Source: Burkholderiales bacterium
Lineage (GTDB): Bacteria; Pseudomonadota; Gammaproteobacteria; Burkholderiales; JAHFRG01
Assembly (NCBI GenBank): GCA_035319205.1
Contig: DATHDD010000150.1
Coordinates: 1 to 54,395 of the forward strand
Length of the DNA: 54,395 bases
Direction of reading: 5' to 3'
This document shows positions 26,963 through 36,934 of the stretch, one piece after another. Each line of letters opens with the position of its first letter. Position 1 is the first letter of the stretch. Made by a program: the position numbers and the translations under genes. The notes under the pieces were generated by a model that searched no databases, was not told where the DNA came from, and saw only the letters and a program-made list of their open reading frames with translations.

Positions 26963-29809
26963 TTAAGCGGTCATCAGCTCGCGCAAAACGTAGGGCAATA
27001 TCCCCCCGTGCCTGTAGTAGTCTACCTCAATCGGCGTGTCGATGCGCAGCAGTACTTTTACTTCCTGCTTGCTGCCATCTTTACGCTTGATTACCAGCGT
27101 CACGTCCTGCTGCGGCTTGATTTCACCTTCAATGCCCAGGATGTCGAATTCCTCGTCGCCTTTTATACCCAAAGACTGCGCGCTGTCATTGCCTTTGAAC
27201 TGGCAGGGGAGCACACCCATGCCGACCAAATTGGAGCGGTGAATGCGCTCGAAGCTGCGAGTGATGACCGCTTTGACTCCGAGCAATTGGGTGCCTTTGG
27301 CGGCCCAGTCGCGGGAAGAGCCGCTGCCGTATTCCTCTCCGCCAAACACTACGGTCGGCGTGCCTTGTGCGATGTATTTCATGGCCGCGTCGTAAATGCT
27401 CATCTGTTCGCCTGATGGTTGGAACAATGTAATGCCGCCTTCCACCCGGGTACCGTCCGCTTTCGGCGGATTCATCAGGTTCTTGATGCGCACGTTGGCG
27501 AAGGTGCCGCGCATCATAACGTCGTGATTGCCGCGGCGCGCGCCATAGCTATTGAAGTCTGCTTTGATGACGCCATTTCCAATAAGGTATTTTCCCGCAG
27601 GCGAAGTGTCCTTGATCGACCCGGCCGGGCTGATATGGTCCGTAGTTATTGAATCGCCGAAAATGCCGAGCGATCTAGCGCTGCGGATGTTTCCGGTGAG
27701 GCCGGGCTGCATGCCAAAACCGGCAAAAAACGGCGGCTCGGCGATGTAAGTGGATTTCGGCCAGTCATACACTTGCCCGGATGCCGGGGGCACGTTGTTC
27801 CAAAGTTGATGGTCCTTGGCAAAATTGTTGTAAAGGCGCCGGAAAGTCGTTGGATCGGTTGCGAATTTCATCACTGCGTGTATTTCACTGCTCGAAGGCC
27901 AGATATCCTTGAGGTAAACCGGTTTGCCATCCTTGCCTGATCCCAGCGGTTCAAGCTCAAGATTTTTAAGTACCGTGCCGGCGATGGCGAACGCGACAAC
28001 CAGCGGCGGGCTCATCAGGAAGTTTGCCTTGAGGTTGGCATGAATACGCGCTTCGAAATTGCGATTGCCTGAAAGCACTGCAGCGCAGATAAGGTCATTT
28101 TGGGTTATGGTTTCTTCAAGGTGTGGATCGAGTGGGCCGGCATTGCCGATGCAAGTGGTACACCCGTAGGCGGCAACCGTGAAACCGAGTTGCTCCAGAT
28201 AGGGCAAAAGTCCTGCTTTCTGGAGGTAATCGGTTACCACGCGCGAGCCGGGAGCAAGCGAGGTCTTGATGTGCTTCCTCACTGACAGGCCTTTTTCCAC
28301 AGCTTTTTTCGCCAGCAAGCCGGCGGCAAGCAGAACACCCGGGTTGGAGGTGTTTGTGCAGGACGTTATCGCAGCGATCAGCACGTCGCCATTGCCGATG
28401 TTGACTTGATTCTTTGGCGCGTCTTCGGCAGAACCGTAAACCGGATTGGGAGTCGGGTGGTCATCCTTCATCTCCACTTCACTGGCCGAGGACGCTTCAC
28501 CTTTCTGGCTGCCGCCCCCCATCAACGGCTCTGTCGCGCCACTGGCTAATACACCGAGTTTTGTCACAAAACGCCGGTGCAATTCTTCAGCAGGTTTGTT
28601 GTAACCGTTGTCGGCCACGGATTTGGAGAAAAGCTCGGTAAACTTGGTCTTGAGATCGCCAAGTTCGATGCGGTCCTGCGGGCGCTTGGGCCCGGCAAGC
28701 GAAGGCTTGATTGAAGCAAGATCAAGCTCAAGCAGTTTGCTGTAGTCGATTTGACCGGCTCTGGGAATTCCGTACAGCCCCTGCGCCTTGAAATAGGAGC
28801 GGAAAGCGTCTATTTCTTCCGTGGTGCGGCCGGAACTCTTGAAGTATTCAATCGTTGCATCGTCCACCGGGAAGAAACCCATGGTGGCGCCGTATTCCGG
28901 CGCCATGTTGGCGATGGTTGCGCGGTCAGGCACGGCCAGCGAGGCAGCGCCTTCGCCGAAGAACTCAACGAATTTGCCCACTACTTTTTCCTTGCGCAGC
29001 ATTTCGGTGATGGTGAGCACGAGATCGGTCGCTGTGACGCCTTCGCGCAGTTTGCCAGTAAGGTTCACGCCCACCACATCCGGGGTAAGGAAATACACCG
29101 GTTGTCCCAGCATGCCGGCTTCCGCTTCAATACCGCCCACGCCCCAGCCGACTACACCTATGCCGTTGATCATCGTGGTATGGGAATCGGTGCCGACCAG
29201 TGTGTCGGGATAATAAATATTGTTTTTCTGATGCACCCCGCGCGCAAGATACTCGAGATTGACCTGGTGCACGATACCGATACCGGGCGGCACCACTTTA
29301 AAGGTGTCAAACGCCTGCATGCCCCACTTCATGAATTTGTAGCGCTCAGCATTGCGCCGGAACTCGAGTTTCATATTCAGGTCGAGCGCGTCCTTGGTGC
29401 CGTAATGGTCAACCTGCACCGAGTGATCCACAACCAGATCCACCGGCACCAGTGGCTCGATGACTTTGGGATTCTTGCCCATTTTGTTTGCGATGCCGCG
29501 CATCGCAGCGAGGTCGGCAAGCAGCGGCACGCCGGTAAAATCCTGCAAAATGATGCGCGCCACGATAAAAGGGATTTCGGCAACGCGCGGCGCATTTGGC
29601 TGCCAGTTGGCGAGTTGCCTTACGTGCTCTTCAGTGACTTTCTTGCCGTCATAATTGCGGAGCACTGATTCCAGCACGATCCGGATTGAAACCGGAAGGC
29701 GGGAGATATTTCCTACTGCGGCTTGTCCCAGGAAGGGTAGGGAATAGAATTTACCGGCTTTGCCGGATTCCATCTTGAACTCCTGGAGAGTGCCGAACAA
29801 ATTTTGCAT
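26963..29809 (-). CDS. acnA: Aconitate hydratase A (AcnA/IRP type), 948 aa
   Basis: Motifs [45 protein letters not shown]. Contains an extra low-complexity segment near residues 415-468. Confidence 0.95.
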   Translation of the reverse strand: MQNLFGTLQEFKMESGKAGKFYSLPFLGQAAVGNISRLPVSIRIVLESVLRNYDGKKVTEEHVRQLANWQPNAPRVAEIPFIVARIILQDFTGVPLLADLAAMRGIANKMGKNPKVIEPLVPVDLVVDHSVQVDHYGTKDALDLNMKLEFRRNAERYKFMKWGMQAFDTFKVVPPGIGIVHQVNLEYLARGVHQKNNIYYPDTLVGTDSHTTMINGIGVVGWGVGGIEAEAGMLGQPVYFLTPDVVGVNLTGKLREGVTATDLVLTITEMLRKEKVVGKFVEFFGEGAASLAVPDRATIANMAPEYGATMGFFPVDDATIEYFKSSGRTTEEIDAFRSYFKAQGLYGIPRAGQIDYSKLLELDLASIKPSLAGPKRPQDRIELGDLKTKFTELFSKSVADNGYNKPAEELHRRFVTKLGVLASGATEPLMGGGSQKGEASSASEVEMKDDHPTPNPVYGSAEDAPKNQVNIGNGDVLIAAITSCTNTSNPGVLLAAGLLAKKAVEKGLSVRKHIKTSLAPGSRVVTDYLQKAGLLPYLEQLGFTVAAYGCTTCIGNAGPLDPHLEETITQNDLICAAVLSGNRNFEARIHANLKANFLMSPPLVVAFAIAGTVLKNLELEPLGSGKDGKPVYLKDIWPSSSEIHAVMKFATDPTTFRRLYNNFAKDHQLWNNVPPASGQVYDWPKSTYIAEPPFFAGFGMQPGLTGNIRSARSLGIFGDSITTDHISPAGSIKDTSPAGKYLIGNGVIKADFNSYGARRGNHDVMMRGTFANVRIKNLMNPPKADGTRVEGGITLFQPSGEQMSIYDAAMKYIAQGTPTVVFGGEEYGSGSSRDWAAKGTQLLGVKAVITRSFERIHRSNLVGMGVLPCQFKGNDSAQSLGIKGDEEFDILGIEGEIKPQQDVTLVIKRKDGSKQEVKVLLRIDTPIEVDYYRHGGILPYVLRELMTA

Positions 29810-29817
29810 GTTTGCCC

Positions 29818-31260
29818 TTAATTTACGAACATATCAACAAATTCGTTGACCGGAGTGGCTTCCAGCTTCTTCTGGTCAAGACATAGATCAAGTATCGCGT
29901 TCTGATTCTTGGCAGGGAATCGGCGCGCGAGATTAACCTTGAATTTTCCGATCAATAACGGGATGCTTTCAGCGCGGCGTAAGCGGTGTCCCAGTGGATA
30001 TTCTACTTCTACTTTATCGGTCTTGCTGCCGTCTTTGAAGAATACCTGCACGGAATTGGCAATTGAACGTTTGCGAGGATTCAGGTAATCCCTGCTGTAG
30101 CGATTGTTTTCCACGCATTTCATCTTGTGGCGCAACCGGTCAATGCGCGGGTCCTTGGCGATCTTGTCTTCATAATACTGCGCAGTAAGGTTGCCGAAAA
30201 TTAGGCCGATAGCAGTTACATACTGGATGCAGTGGTCGCGGTCGGCTGGGTTATGCAGCGGTCCTTTCTTGTCAATGATGCGGATTGCCGATTCGTGAGT
30301 GGTGATGATTATTCTTTTCACCTCGTTAAGCCGGCCTTTGACTTGAGGATGGAGTTTCAATGCGCATTCCAAGGCAGTTTGGGCATGGAATTCAGCCGGG
30401 AAGGAGATCTTGAACAGGACGTTTTCCATGACATAAGAACCGTAGGGGCGCCGAATCTTGAATTTTTTGCCTTTAAACAGGGCGTCGTAAAAGCCCCAGG
30501 TCTTGGCGGTCAGCGCCGATGGATAACCCATTTCGCCCGCAAGCGTCATCAGTGCCAGTCGCACTGCGCGGCTGGTGGCGTCGCCCGCCGCCCAGGATTT
30601 GCGCGAGCCGGTATTGGGTGCATGGCGGTAAGTGCGCAGCGGGTGACCGTCCACCCATGCTTGCGACACGGCGTTGATGATGTCATCACGTGTGCCTCCC
30701 AGTATTTTGGTAACCACCGCAGCGGAAGCCACTTTCACCAGCACCACATGATCCAAGCCGACGCGATTAAAGCTGTTTTCCAGCGCGAGTACTCCCTGGA
30801 TTTCGTGCGCCTTGATCATCGCGGTGAGCACGTCGTGCATTAGCAGCGGCTGTTGCCCTCGTGCCAAATTGTTGCGCGAAGTCCAGTCGCTGGTGGCGAG
30901 GATCCCGCCGAGGTTGTCGGAAGGATGCCCCCATTCTGCGGCAAGCCAGGTATCGTTGAAATCCAGCCAGCGGATCATGCAGCCGATGTTGAATGCCGCC
31001 ATTACCGGGTCGAGCTGGTAGAGAGTGCCCGGAACTTTGGCGCCATTGGGCACGATGCTGCCGGGAACGATGGGGCCCATAAGCTTGGTGCAGGCTGGAA
31101 ACTCCAGTGCCTCCAGTCCGCAGCCGAGGGTATCCATCAGGCATAGCCGGGCGGTGTTGTAGGCTTCCTCGCTCTTGATGCGGAAGGCAGTGACGTAATC
31201 GGCGATGTCGATGAGCACCTTGTCGGGCTTGGGACGGACATTGAAAAGGTGCGATGACAT
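29818..31260 (-). CDS. prpD: 2-methylcitrate dehydratase PrpD
   Basis: From the ATG at 31260 the N-terminus ([23 protein letters not shown]...[13 protein letters not shown]) lines up with E. coli PrpD as I recall it. MmgE/PrpD family throughout. Confidence 0.92.
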   Translation of the reverse strand: MSSHLFNVRPKPDKVLIDIADYVTAFRIKSEEAYNTARLCLMDTLGCGLEALEFPACTKLMGPIVPGSIVPNGAKVPGTLYQLDPVMAAFNIGCMIRWLDFNDTWLAAEWGHPSDNLGGILATSDWTSRNNLARGQQPLLMHDVLTAMIKAHEIQGVLALENSFNRVGLDHVVLVKVASAAVVTKILGGTRDDIINAVSQAWVDGHPLRTYRHAPNTGSRKSWAAGDATSRAVRLALMTLAGEMGYPSALTAKTWGFYDALFKGKKFKIRRPYGSYVMENVLFKISFPAEFHAQTALECALKLHPQVKGRLNEVKRIIITTHESAIRIIDKKGPLHNPADRDHCIQYVTAIGLIFGNLTAQYYEDKIAKDPRIDRLRHKMKCVENNRYSRDYLNPRKRSIANSVQVFFKDGSKTDKVEVEYPLGHRLRRAESIPLLIGKFKVNLARRFPAKNQNAILDLCLDQKKLEATPVNEFVDMFVN

Positions 31261-31366
31261 GTTCGGTAGGAAAGAATTGCGCGACGTGTGGCGATTCAAC
31301 TAACGAGATTATTATACGATAGCAGCCGGGTTTGTAAGAAAATGCAGGAAGCCAGCATGTCCCTGC

Positions 31367-32275
31367 TCATGCTGCGACTTCACGGTCTTGCAGCGATAAA
31401 GTCCCGCTGCGGCCCGGCAGCTTTCCGTTGCTGACGGTGCAGCGCGGCAGCAGTGCAACATCCAGACCGCCCGCGTATTCGCCCAGGGACACAAGCGAAT
31501 AGCCTTGGATTTTCCACCCTTCGAGCAACTGCTCGAATACACCGGACAGCCGGTTGCCCTCGAGTTCCGCGTGAAGAGTGTAGACGTGCCCCGTCGGTGG
31601 GCATTTCACCGTCAGTCCCAGCAGGTGGCGGCTGACATTGTCGACCGTCAGTCCGTCCGTGCCGATTAGCTCGTCAAGTGTCGGGAGCGTTGTCGGCAAC
31701 TGGGGACAGGCGATAATTTCCGAGTCACAGACCGGTATGAAAGGCCGAGTGCCGCGCGTGTCGGAGCAATAGCGGAAGCCGAACTGCTGGGCCAGCCGAA
31801 AAGCATGGATGTTCATCTGCCAGCCAGCAGCGCCGTGGGTCCGTGCCGGCTCGCCGAAGATCTCCTGAAAGCGGTTGCAAGCGCGCCGCATCTCGCGTTC
31901 AGTCCATTCAGGCCCGGCGCTACCGATGCGATCCTGCCATTCCACATGGTCATAGGTATGTATCCCGACCTCAAATCCTTCTTCCCGCACCCTTCGCATC
32001 ACCTCCGCGCAGCACCGGCCGATATCGGGTCCCGGCAGCAGCGTGCCGTAGAGGAGAGTGGTCACGCCGTAATGTGAGATCACTGAGGTGCGCGATACTT
32101 TTGATGTAAAGCCGGGACGGAACACTCTGCGAATGGCGCGACCGGTGTGATCGGGACCCAGGCTGAACAAGAAAGTCGCCTGCGCCCGATGCCGTGCCAG
32201 AAGCGCAAGCAGTCGCGGGACGCCATCCCGCGTGCCTCGATAGGTATCGACGTCGATTTTCAATGCAAGCTTCAT
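31367..32275 (-). CDS. arnD: 4-deoxy-4-formamido-L-arabinose-phosphoundecaprenol deformylase ArnD
   Basis: Polysaccharide-deacetylase fold with the ArnD N-terminus (LKIDVDTYRGTR.GVP.L..LL.....ATF.FSLGPDHTGRA). Last gene of the arn cluster. Confidence 0.88.
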   Translation of the reverse strand: MKLALKIDVDTYRGTRDGVPRLLALLARHRAQATFLFSLGPDHTGRAIRRVFRPGFTSKVSRTSVISHYGVTTLLYGTLLPGPDIGRCCAEVMRRVREEGFEVGIHTYDHVEWQDRIGSAGPEWTEREMRRACNRFQEIFGEPARTHGAAGWQMNIHAFRLAQQFGFRYCSDTRGTRPFIPVCDSEIIACPQLPTTLPTLDELIGTDGLTVDNVSRHLLGLTVKCPPTGHVYTLHAELEGNRLSGVFEQLLEGWKIQGYSLVSLGEYAGGLDVALLPRCTVSNGKLPGRSGTLSLQDREVAA

Positions 32276-32337
32276 CGATGGGACGCGGATTCAAACGCAC
32301 AGCAGATGGTCATATGCTGTTTGACCGTGGCAGGGGA

Positions 32338-33381
32338 TCACGATACAAGGCGACGCGCTTCGGGAAGGTGTCCGCGGTAAGCGTCATATATCCGCTTGAG
32401 CGCGTCACGCATACCTACACGCGGCTTCCAACGGAGGTCGCGGCAGGTGCCGTCGATCCTGGGCACACGGTTCTGCATGTCCTGGTAGCCCTTGCCGTAG
32501 TATTTGTCGGCAGTGGTCAGGGTAATACGTACTTTGCTGGCTTGCGCACGGTACTCCGGATAATTCAGCGCGGTCTCGATCATCAATTGAGCCAGTTGCC
32601 GGATCGAAAGATTGTTCTTCGGGTTGCCTATATTGTAGATCTTGCCGCTCGCGACGCGGCTCGGGTTCTCGATGATCTTCATAAGTGCATCGATGCCGTC
32701 ATCGATATAGGTGAAAGATCGGCGCTGACGTCCGCCGTCGACCAGCTTGATCTGCTCTCCCCGCACGATCTGTCCCAGAAATTGGGTGACGACGCGCGAG
32801 CTGCCTTCCTTCTGGGCGTGCAGGTTGTCGAGCCCGGGGCCGATCCAGTTGAAGGGTCGGAACAGAGTGAAATCGAGCAGGTGTTCCATGCCGTAAGCCC
32901 AGATCACGCGGTCCATGAGCTGCTTGGCGCACGAATAAATCCAGCGCGGCCGGTTGATCGGTCCCAGAATCAGTTCGGAGACCTCCGCGTCAAAATACCG
33001 GTCGCGGCACATCCCGTAGACCTCCGAGGTCGAGGGAAACACCAACCGCTTGCGGTGTTGCACGCAGGCGCGCACGATCGGCAGGTTGGCCTCGAAGTCG
33101 AGCTCGAATACGCGCAGCGGCTCCTTCACGTAAGTCGCAGGAGTCGCGATTGCGACCAGCGGCAGCACGGTATCGCACTTGCGGATGTGGTAGGCGATCC
33201 ATTCCAGGTTGATGGTAATGTCACCTTCGAAGAAGTGGAAACGCGGCTCACCCACCAGGTCTGCGATGCGGTCGGTATTCATGTCCATGCCGTATATCTC
33301 CCACGGCGTGGTCGCGAGGATACGTTTCGAGAGGTGATGGCCGATGAATCCATTGACGCCGAGTATCAGGATTTTCTTCAT
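32338..33381 (-). CDS. arnA: UDP-glucuronic acid oxidative decarboxylase (stand-alone ArnA C-terminal domain)
   Basis: SDR fold GVNGFIGHHL and ArnA-DH-type motifs (STSEVYGM, YSCAKQL). A separate gene from the formyltransferase. Confidence 0.88.
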   Translation of the reverse strand: MKKILILGVNGFIGHHLSKRILATTPWEIYGMDMNTDRIADLVGEPRFHFFEGDITINLEWIAYHIRKCDTVLPLVAIATPATYVKEPLRVFELDFEANLPIVRACVQHRKRLVFPSTSEVYGMCRDRYFDAEVSELILGPINRPRWIYSCAKQLMDRVIWAYGMEHLLDFTLFRPFNWIGPGLDNLHAQKEGSSRVVTQFLGQIVRGEQIKLVDGGRQRRSFTYIDDGIDALMKIIENPSRVASGKIYNIGNPKNNLSIRQLAQLMIETALNYPEYRAQASKVRITLTTADKYYGKGYQDMQNRVPRIDGTCRDLRWKPRVGMRDALKRIYDAYRGHLPEARRLVS

Positions 33382-34319
33382 GGGATTGTGGTTTCTTTCT
33401 TTAATGCCAGTAAATCTGTTTTGTATCGCGCTCGCATCACGTCAGCGTTGAAGGGCAGACCGTCGAATTCCGCTTCCAGCACTCGCAGCACTCCTCCATC
33501 CGCGCAACGGAGATGCAATTCGGAACCGCGCGCAAGCAGCGCCGGATGGCCTGTGATGGCGTCGCGCTCACCGGTAGTGAAGGTTAGCAACAGGCGCAGC
33601 GTCTTTCCAGCCAATCGGCAAAACGCACCGGGGTACGGCGGCGCCACGGCTCGCACCAGGTTGTGAACGCGGCATGCTGGCCATGCCAGATCGATGGCGC
33701 CGTCCTCGGACCGGCGCCCGCCGAAGTAGCTGGCCGCTGCCTGTTCCTGTGGCACCAGTCTCGCAGTGCCGGAAAGTAACCCGGGGAGGGACCGCTCAAG
33801 GACGACTTCGGCCGCCAGGGTCACCTTGTCGAAAACCTCGCGCGCCACGTCATTGGGCAGAATTGGAACACGCTCTTGATCGACGATGCGGCCCCCATCC
33901 GGCTGCGCGACCATTTCGTGCAGCGTGGCGCCAGTTTCACGCTCCCCGTTTACGAGCGCCCAATTCACAGGGGCCCGACCGCGGTATTTCGGGAGGAGCG
34001 ACCCGTGGACGTTGTACGCGCCGAGCCGCGGCAGCGCGAGCAGCCCTGGCCCGAGCAGGCGACGGTAGTAGAACGAGAACAGGATATCGGGCGTAGAGGA
34101 GCGAACCCTCTCGATTGCTTCGGCCGTATTGGGATCCTGCGGCGCGATGACCGGGATGCCGTACAGCCTGGCGCGTTCAGCGACACTAGCGAACCAGACA
34201 TTTTCGTTCCGGTCATCCTCGTGTGTGACTACCAAATGGACTTCAACACCCCCGGCGAGCAATACCTCTAGACAGCGTACTCCGACGTTGTGGTAGGCGA
34301 AAACGGTAGCTCGGGTCAC
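33378..34319 (-). CDS. arnA: UDP-4-amino-4-deoxy-L-arabinose formyltransferase (stand-alone ArnA N-terminal domain)
   Basis: Formyltransferase pattern (HGSLLPKYRGRAPVNWA) and position in the arn cluster. The GTG start overlaps the arnC stop. Confidence 0.85.
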   Translation of the reverse strand: MTRATVFAYHNVGVRCLEVLLAGGVEVHLVVTHEDDRNENVWFASVAERARLYGIPVIAPQDPNTAEAIERVRSSTPDILFSFYYRRLLGPGLLALPRLGAYNVHGSLLPKYRGRAPVNWALVNGERETGATLHEMVAQPDGGRIVDQERVPILPNDVAREVFDKVTLAAEVVLERSLPGLLSGTARLVPQEQAAASYFGGRRSEDGAIDLAWPACRVHNLVRAVAPPYPGAFCRLAGKTLRLLLTFTTGERDAITGHPALLARGSELHLRCADGGVLRVLEAEFDGLPFNADVMRARYKTDLLALKKETTIP

Positions 34320-35332
34320 TTGATCCTGGCGCGCGTTTCGACGCGCGTCTCGGGCGCAACCTGTATGCCAGTCACTTGTTGGTCCTCGACCTCCGGCTTT
34401 TCGAGCACGCTGCTGATCAGGAATCGGGGTCGCCGCAGCACTTCTTGGTAAATCCGCCCGATGTACTCGCCGAGCAGGCCTATACCGAAAAGCACGAGTC
34501 CGGAAACGAAGAGCAAGACTGCATCCATGACCGAGGCGAACACGCCCTCGGCTGCCTCCCCTCGCACCAATCGATGAATCACCTGGAAACCAACCATGCT
34601 CATCGCGCCGAGCGCGAGAAGAAAGCCAATCAGCGAGAACACCTGCAGCGGAGCTAGAGAAAAGCCGGTTACAAGGTCGAAATTGAGCCGCAGCAATTTG
34701 TAGAACGAGTATTTAGTCGCGCCCATCGCGCGCTGGGCATGCTCCACGCCGACCTCGGTAGGATTCTGGGCAAACGTGTATGCGAGCGCGGGAATGAATG
34801 TATTAATCTCGGTGCAGGCGTTTATTGCATTGACGATCGAGCGGCTGTACGCACGCAGCATGCAGCCGTGGTCCGTCATTCGAATACCGGTCGTTCGCTC
34901 GCGCACGTAATTCCCCAGCCGGGACACGTTGCGCCGGAACCACGAATCCGCCCGCTTTGTGCGCACCCCGCCGACGTAGTCATGGCCTTCGTCCATCTTT
35001 GCCAGCAGTTTGGAAATTTCCTCGGGCGGGTTCTGCAGATCAGCGTCCAGCGTGACGATCCGCTCACCGCGGCAGCGCTCGAAGCCGGCCATGATTGCGA
35101 GGTGCTGGCCATAATTGCCGGCAAACAGCACCACACGAGTAACGTCGGGCCGGAGCGAGAATTGCTGGCGCAGCAGCGCGGCGGAGCGGTCGCGGCTGCC
35201 GTCGTTGACGAAGATGATCTCATAGTTCACGCTGAGCTTATCCAGTGCCGGATACAGACGCGCGAACAGCGCAGGCAGTCCTTCTTCTTCGTTGTAGACG
35301 GGTATGACGACAGAGAGCACTGGCAGATTCAT
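34316..35332 (-). CDS. arnC: Undecaprenyl-phosphate 4-deoxy-4-formamido-L-arabinose transferase ArnC
   Basis: GT2 motif LSVVIPVYNEE...DADLQNPPEE and C-terminal TM helices. The ATG at 35332 overlaps the arnB stop (ATGA). Confidence 0.88.
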   Translation of the reverse strand: MNLPVLSVVIPVYNEEEGLPALFARLYPALDKLSVNYEIIFVNDGSRDRSAALLRQQFSLRPDVTRVVLFAGNYGQHLAIMAGFERCRGERIVTLDADLQNPPEEISKLLAKMDEGHDYVGGVRTKRADSWFRRNVSRLGNYVRERTTGIRMTDHGCMLRAYSRSIVNAINACTEINTFIPALAYTFAQNPTEVGVEHAQRAMGATKYSFYKLLRLNFDLVTGFSLAPLQVFSLIGFLLALGAMSMVGFQVIHRLVRGEAAEGVFASVMDAVLLFVSGLVLFGIGLLGEYIGRIYQEVLRRPRFLISSVLEKPEVEDQQVTGIQVAPETRVETRARIK

Positions 35333-36522
35333 GGCGCATCCTTCCGGAACTTCCCCAGAATCCCGCTGCAGGACTCGCATACGCGATCCACGTCGTTCTC
35401 GCTCATGGCGGGAAACAGGGGCAGGGTGACAGTGGACTGGCCGATGCGTTCGGCGTTTGGAAAATCCCCTATCCTGTAGCCCATTTTACGATAAAGGCTG
35501 AACAGGTGCAGCGCCGGATAGTGGATGCCGACACCGATTCCCCGCTTGCGCATCTCCTCGATAAACTGTGGTTGCCCGATGCGCATGTGTTCGAGCGGCA
35601 GCAGCGGCGCAAACATGTGCCAGCTGTGGCCTTCATCTCCGCGCGCGGGCAGCAGCATCTCAGGATCGGTCTTAAGCCGTTCGAAATAGCGGGCCGCGAG
35701 CGTGCGCCGGCGCTGGTTGAACTGCTCGAGCTTGCGCAACTGGCCGAGTCCCACGCATGCGGCAACGTCGGTGAGATTGTATTTGCCGCCTGCTTCGAGC
35801 ACATCCATATCGCCCTTATCTTCGCGCTCGATGCCGTGAAAGCGCAGTCGCTCGACCCGCCTGGCTTCCGCCGGCTCGCGTATGCTGAGCGCACCCCCTT
35901 CGATGGTGGTGAGGTTCTTATTGGGGTGAAAGCTGAAAGCCACGAAGTCGCCGAAGCTGCCGATGCGGCGCCTGCGGTAGCTCGATCCGATAGCGTGTGC
36001 CGCGTCCTCAATTACGCGAAGTCCGCGCCGCTCAGCTAGGTTGTAGAGAGCGTCCATGTCCACCGGCAATCCGGCGAAATGCACCGGCATGATCGCGCGG
36101 GTGAGCGGCGTGATCGCCTTTTCCGCCCGACCGAGATCGATGTTGCGTGTGGCGAGGTCAACATCGGCGAACACCGGCCGGGCGCCGACCCGCAGCACCA
36201 CGTTCGCGGTGGCGGCGAAAGTCATTGCCGGAACGATCACCTCGTCTCCGTGGCCGATGCCGCACGCCTGCAACGCCACCTCGAGCGCGCCGGTGGCGGA
36301 AGTAAAGGCGCGCACTGTCCGGCCGTCAAGGTAGCGCGAGAGCGCTGCTTCGAAGGCTTCGACCTGCGGTCCGGTAGTGATCCATCCCGAGCGCAGAACT
36401 TGGCTGACTGCGCTGATAGTCTCTTCATCGATTGCTGGCCTGGCAAAAGGCAGGAATGCAGGCTTGCTCACGGTCGCCTTGGGCCGTGAAATCGCTGAGC
36501 GTGACCGGACCTTGGCTGCCAT
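35329..36522 (-). CDS. arnB: UDP-4-amino-4-deoxy-L-arabinose--oxoglutarate aminotransferase ArnB
   Basis: DegT/DnrJ/EryC1 family (FLPFARPAIDEE...SGWITTGP, SFHPNKNLT). Start chosen at the ATG at 36522; the track start 36576 would overlap the upstream gene. Confidence 0.88.
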   Translation of the reverse strand: MAAKVRSRSAISRPKATVSKPAFLPFARPAIDEETISAVSQVLRSGWITTGPQVEAFEAALSRYLDGRTVRAFTSATGALEVALQACGIGHGDEVIVPAMTFAATANVVLRVGARPVFADVDLATRNIDLGRAEKAITPLTRAIMPVHFAGLPVDMDALYNLAERRGLRVIEDAAHAIGSSYRRRRIGSFGDFVAFSFHPNKNLTTIEGGALSIREPAEARRVERLRFHGIEREDKGDMDVLEAGGKYNLTDVAACVGLGQLRKLEQFNQRRRTLAARYFERLKTDPEMLLPARGDEGHSWHMFAPLLPLEHMRIGQPQFIEEMRKRGIGVGIHYPALHLFSLYRKMGYRIGDFPNAERIGQSTVTLPLFPAMSENDVDRVCESCSGILGKFRKDAP

Positions 36523-36523
36523 G

Positions 36524-36895
36524 TCAGCTCCGGGCGACAATGAAGACGCCAAGCACGATGATTCCGATGCCGGCAAGCCGGACCGGCGTCACCGCTTCAC
36601 CGAATAGGTACCACGCGGCGATGGCGTTTACCACGTAGCCGATGGAAAGCATTGGGTAGGCGACACTGACCTCCGCGCGCGACAACGCCAGTATCCACAC
36701 TACCACGCTGATCACATAGCATCCAATACCGGAAAGAATGTAGGGCTGAGTGGCGATCTTGCAACCAACCGGTATCACGTTTTGCGCCGAAAATTCGAAT
36801 GCGCCGACGGCATTGGTGCCGGACTTGAGTAGCAGTTGTGCCACGGCATTAAGCAGCACGCCGGTCATCACGAGTGAGAATGACAACGCGTTCAT
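36524..36895 (-). CDS. Small EamA/SMR-like membrane protein, probably the L-Ara4N-undecaprenyl-phosphate flippase subunit (ArnE/ArnF-like)
   Basis: 123 aa with four TM segments, lying between arnT and arnB. Confidence 0.7.
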   Translation of the reverse strand: MNALSFSLVMTGVLLNAVAQLLLKSGTNAVGAFEFSAQNVIPVGCKIATQPYILSGIGCYVISVVVWILALSRAEVSVAYPMLSIGYVVNAIAAWYLFGEAVTPVRLAGIGIIVLGVFIVARS

Positions 36896-36934
36896 AGGGG
36901 ACTCCCTTGGATCAGTTCACAGTCTCTGCCTGCA

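Noticed and set aside
28751-29668. 305-aa plus-strand ORF inside the aconitase gene
   Set aside because: It is antisense to a confidently identified acnA and has no recognisable motifs. It is a shadow ORF.
32194-33666. 490-aa plus-strand ORF, and many other 100-300 aa ORFs on both strands across 31.4-38.6 kb (for example 34739-35479, 35506-36039, 37118-37690)
   Set aside because: They are antisense or out of frame relative to clearly recognisable arn genes. Their Arg/Ala/Pro/Gly-rich products are typical of stop-poor frames in GC-rich DNA.
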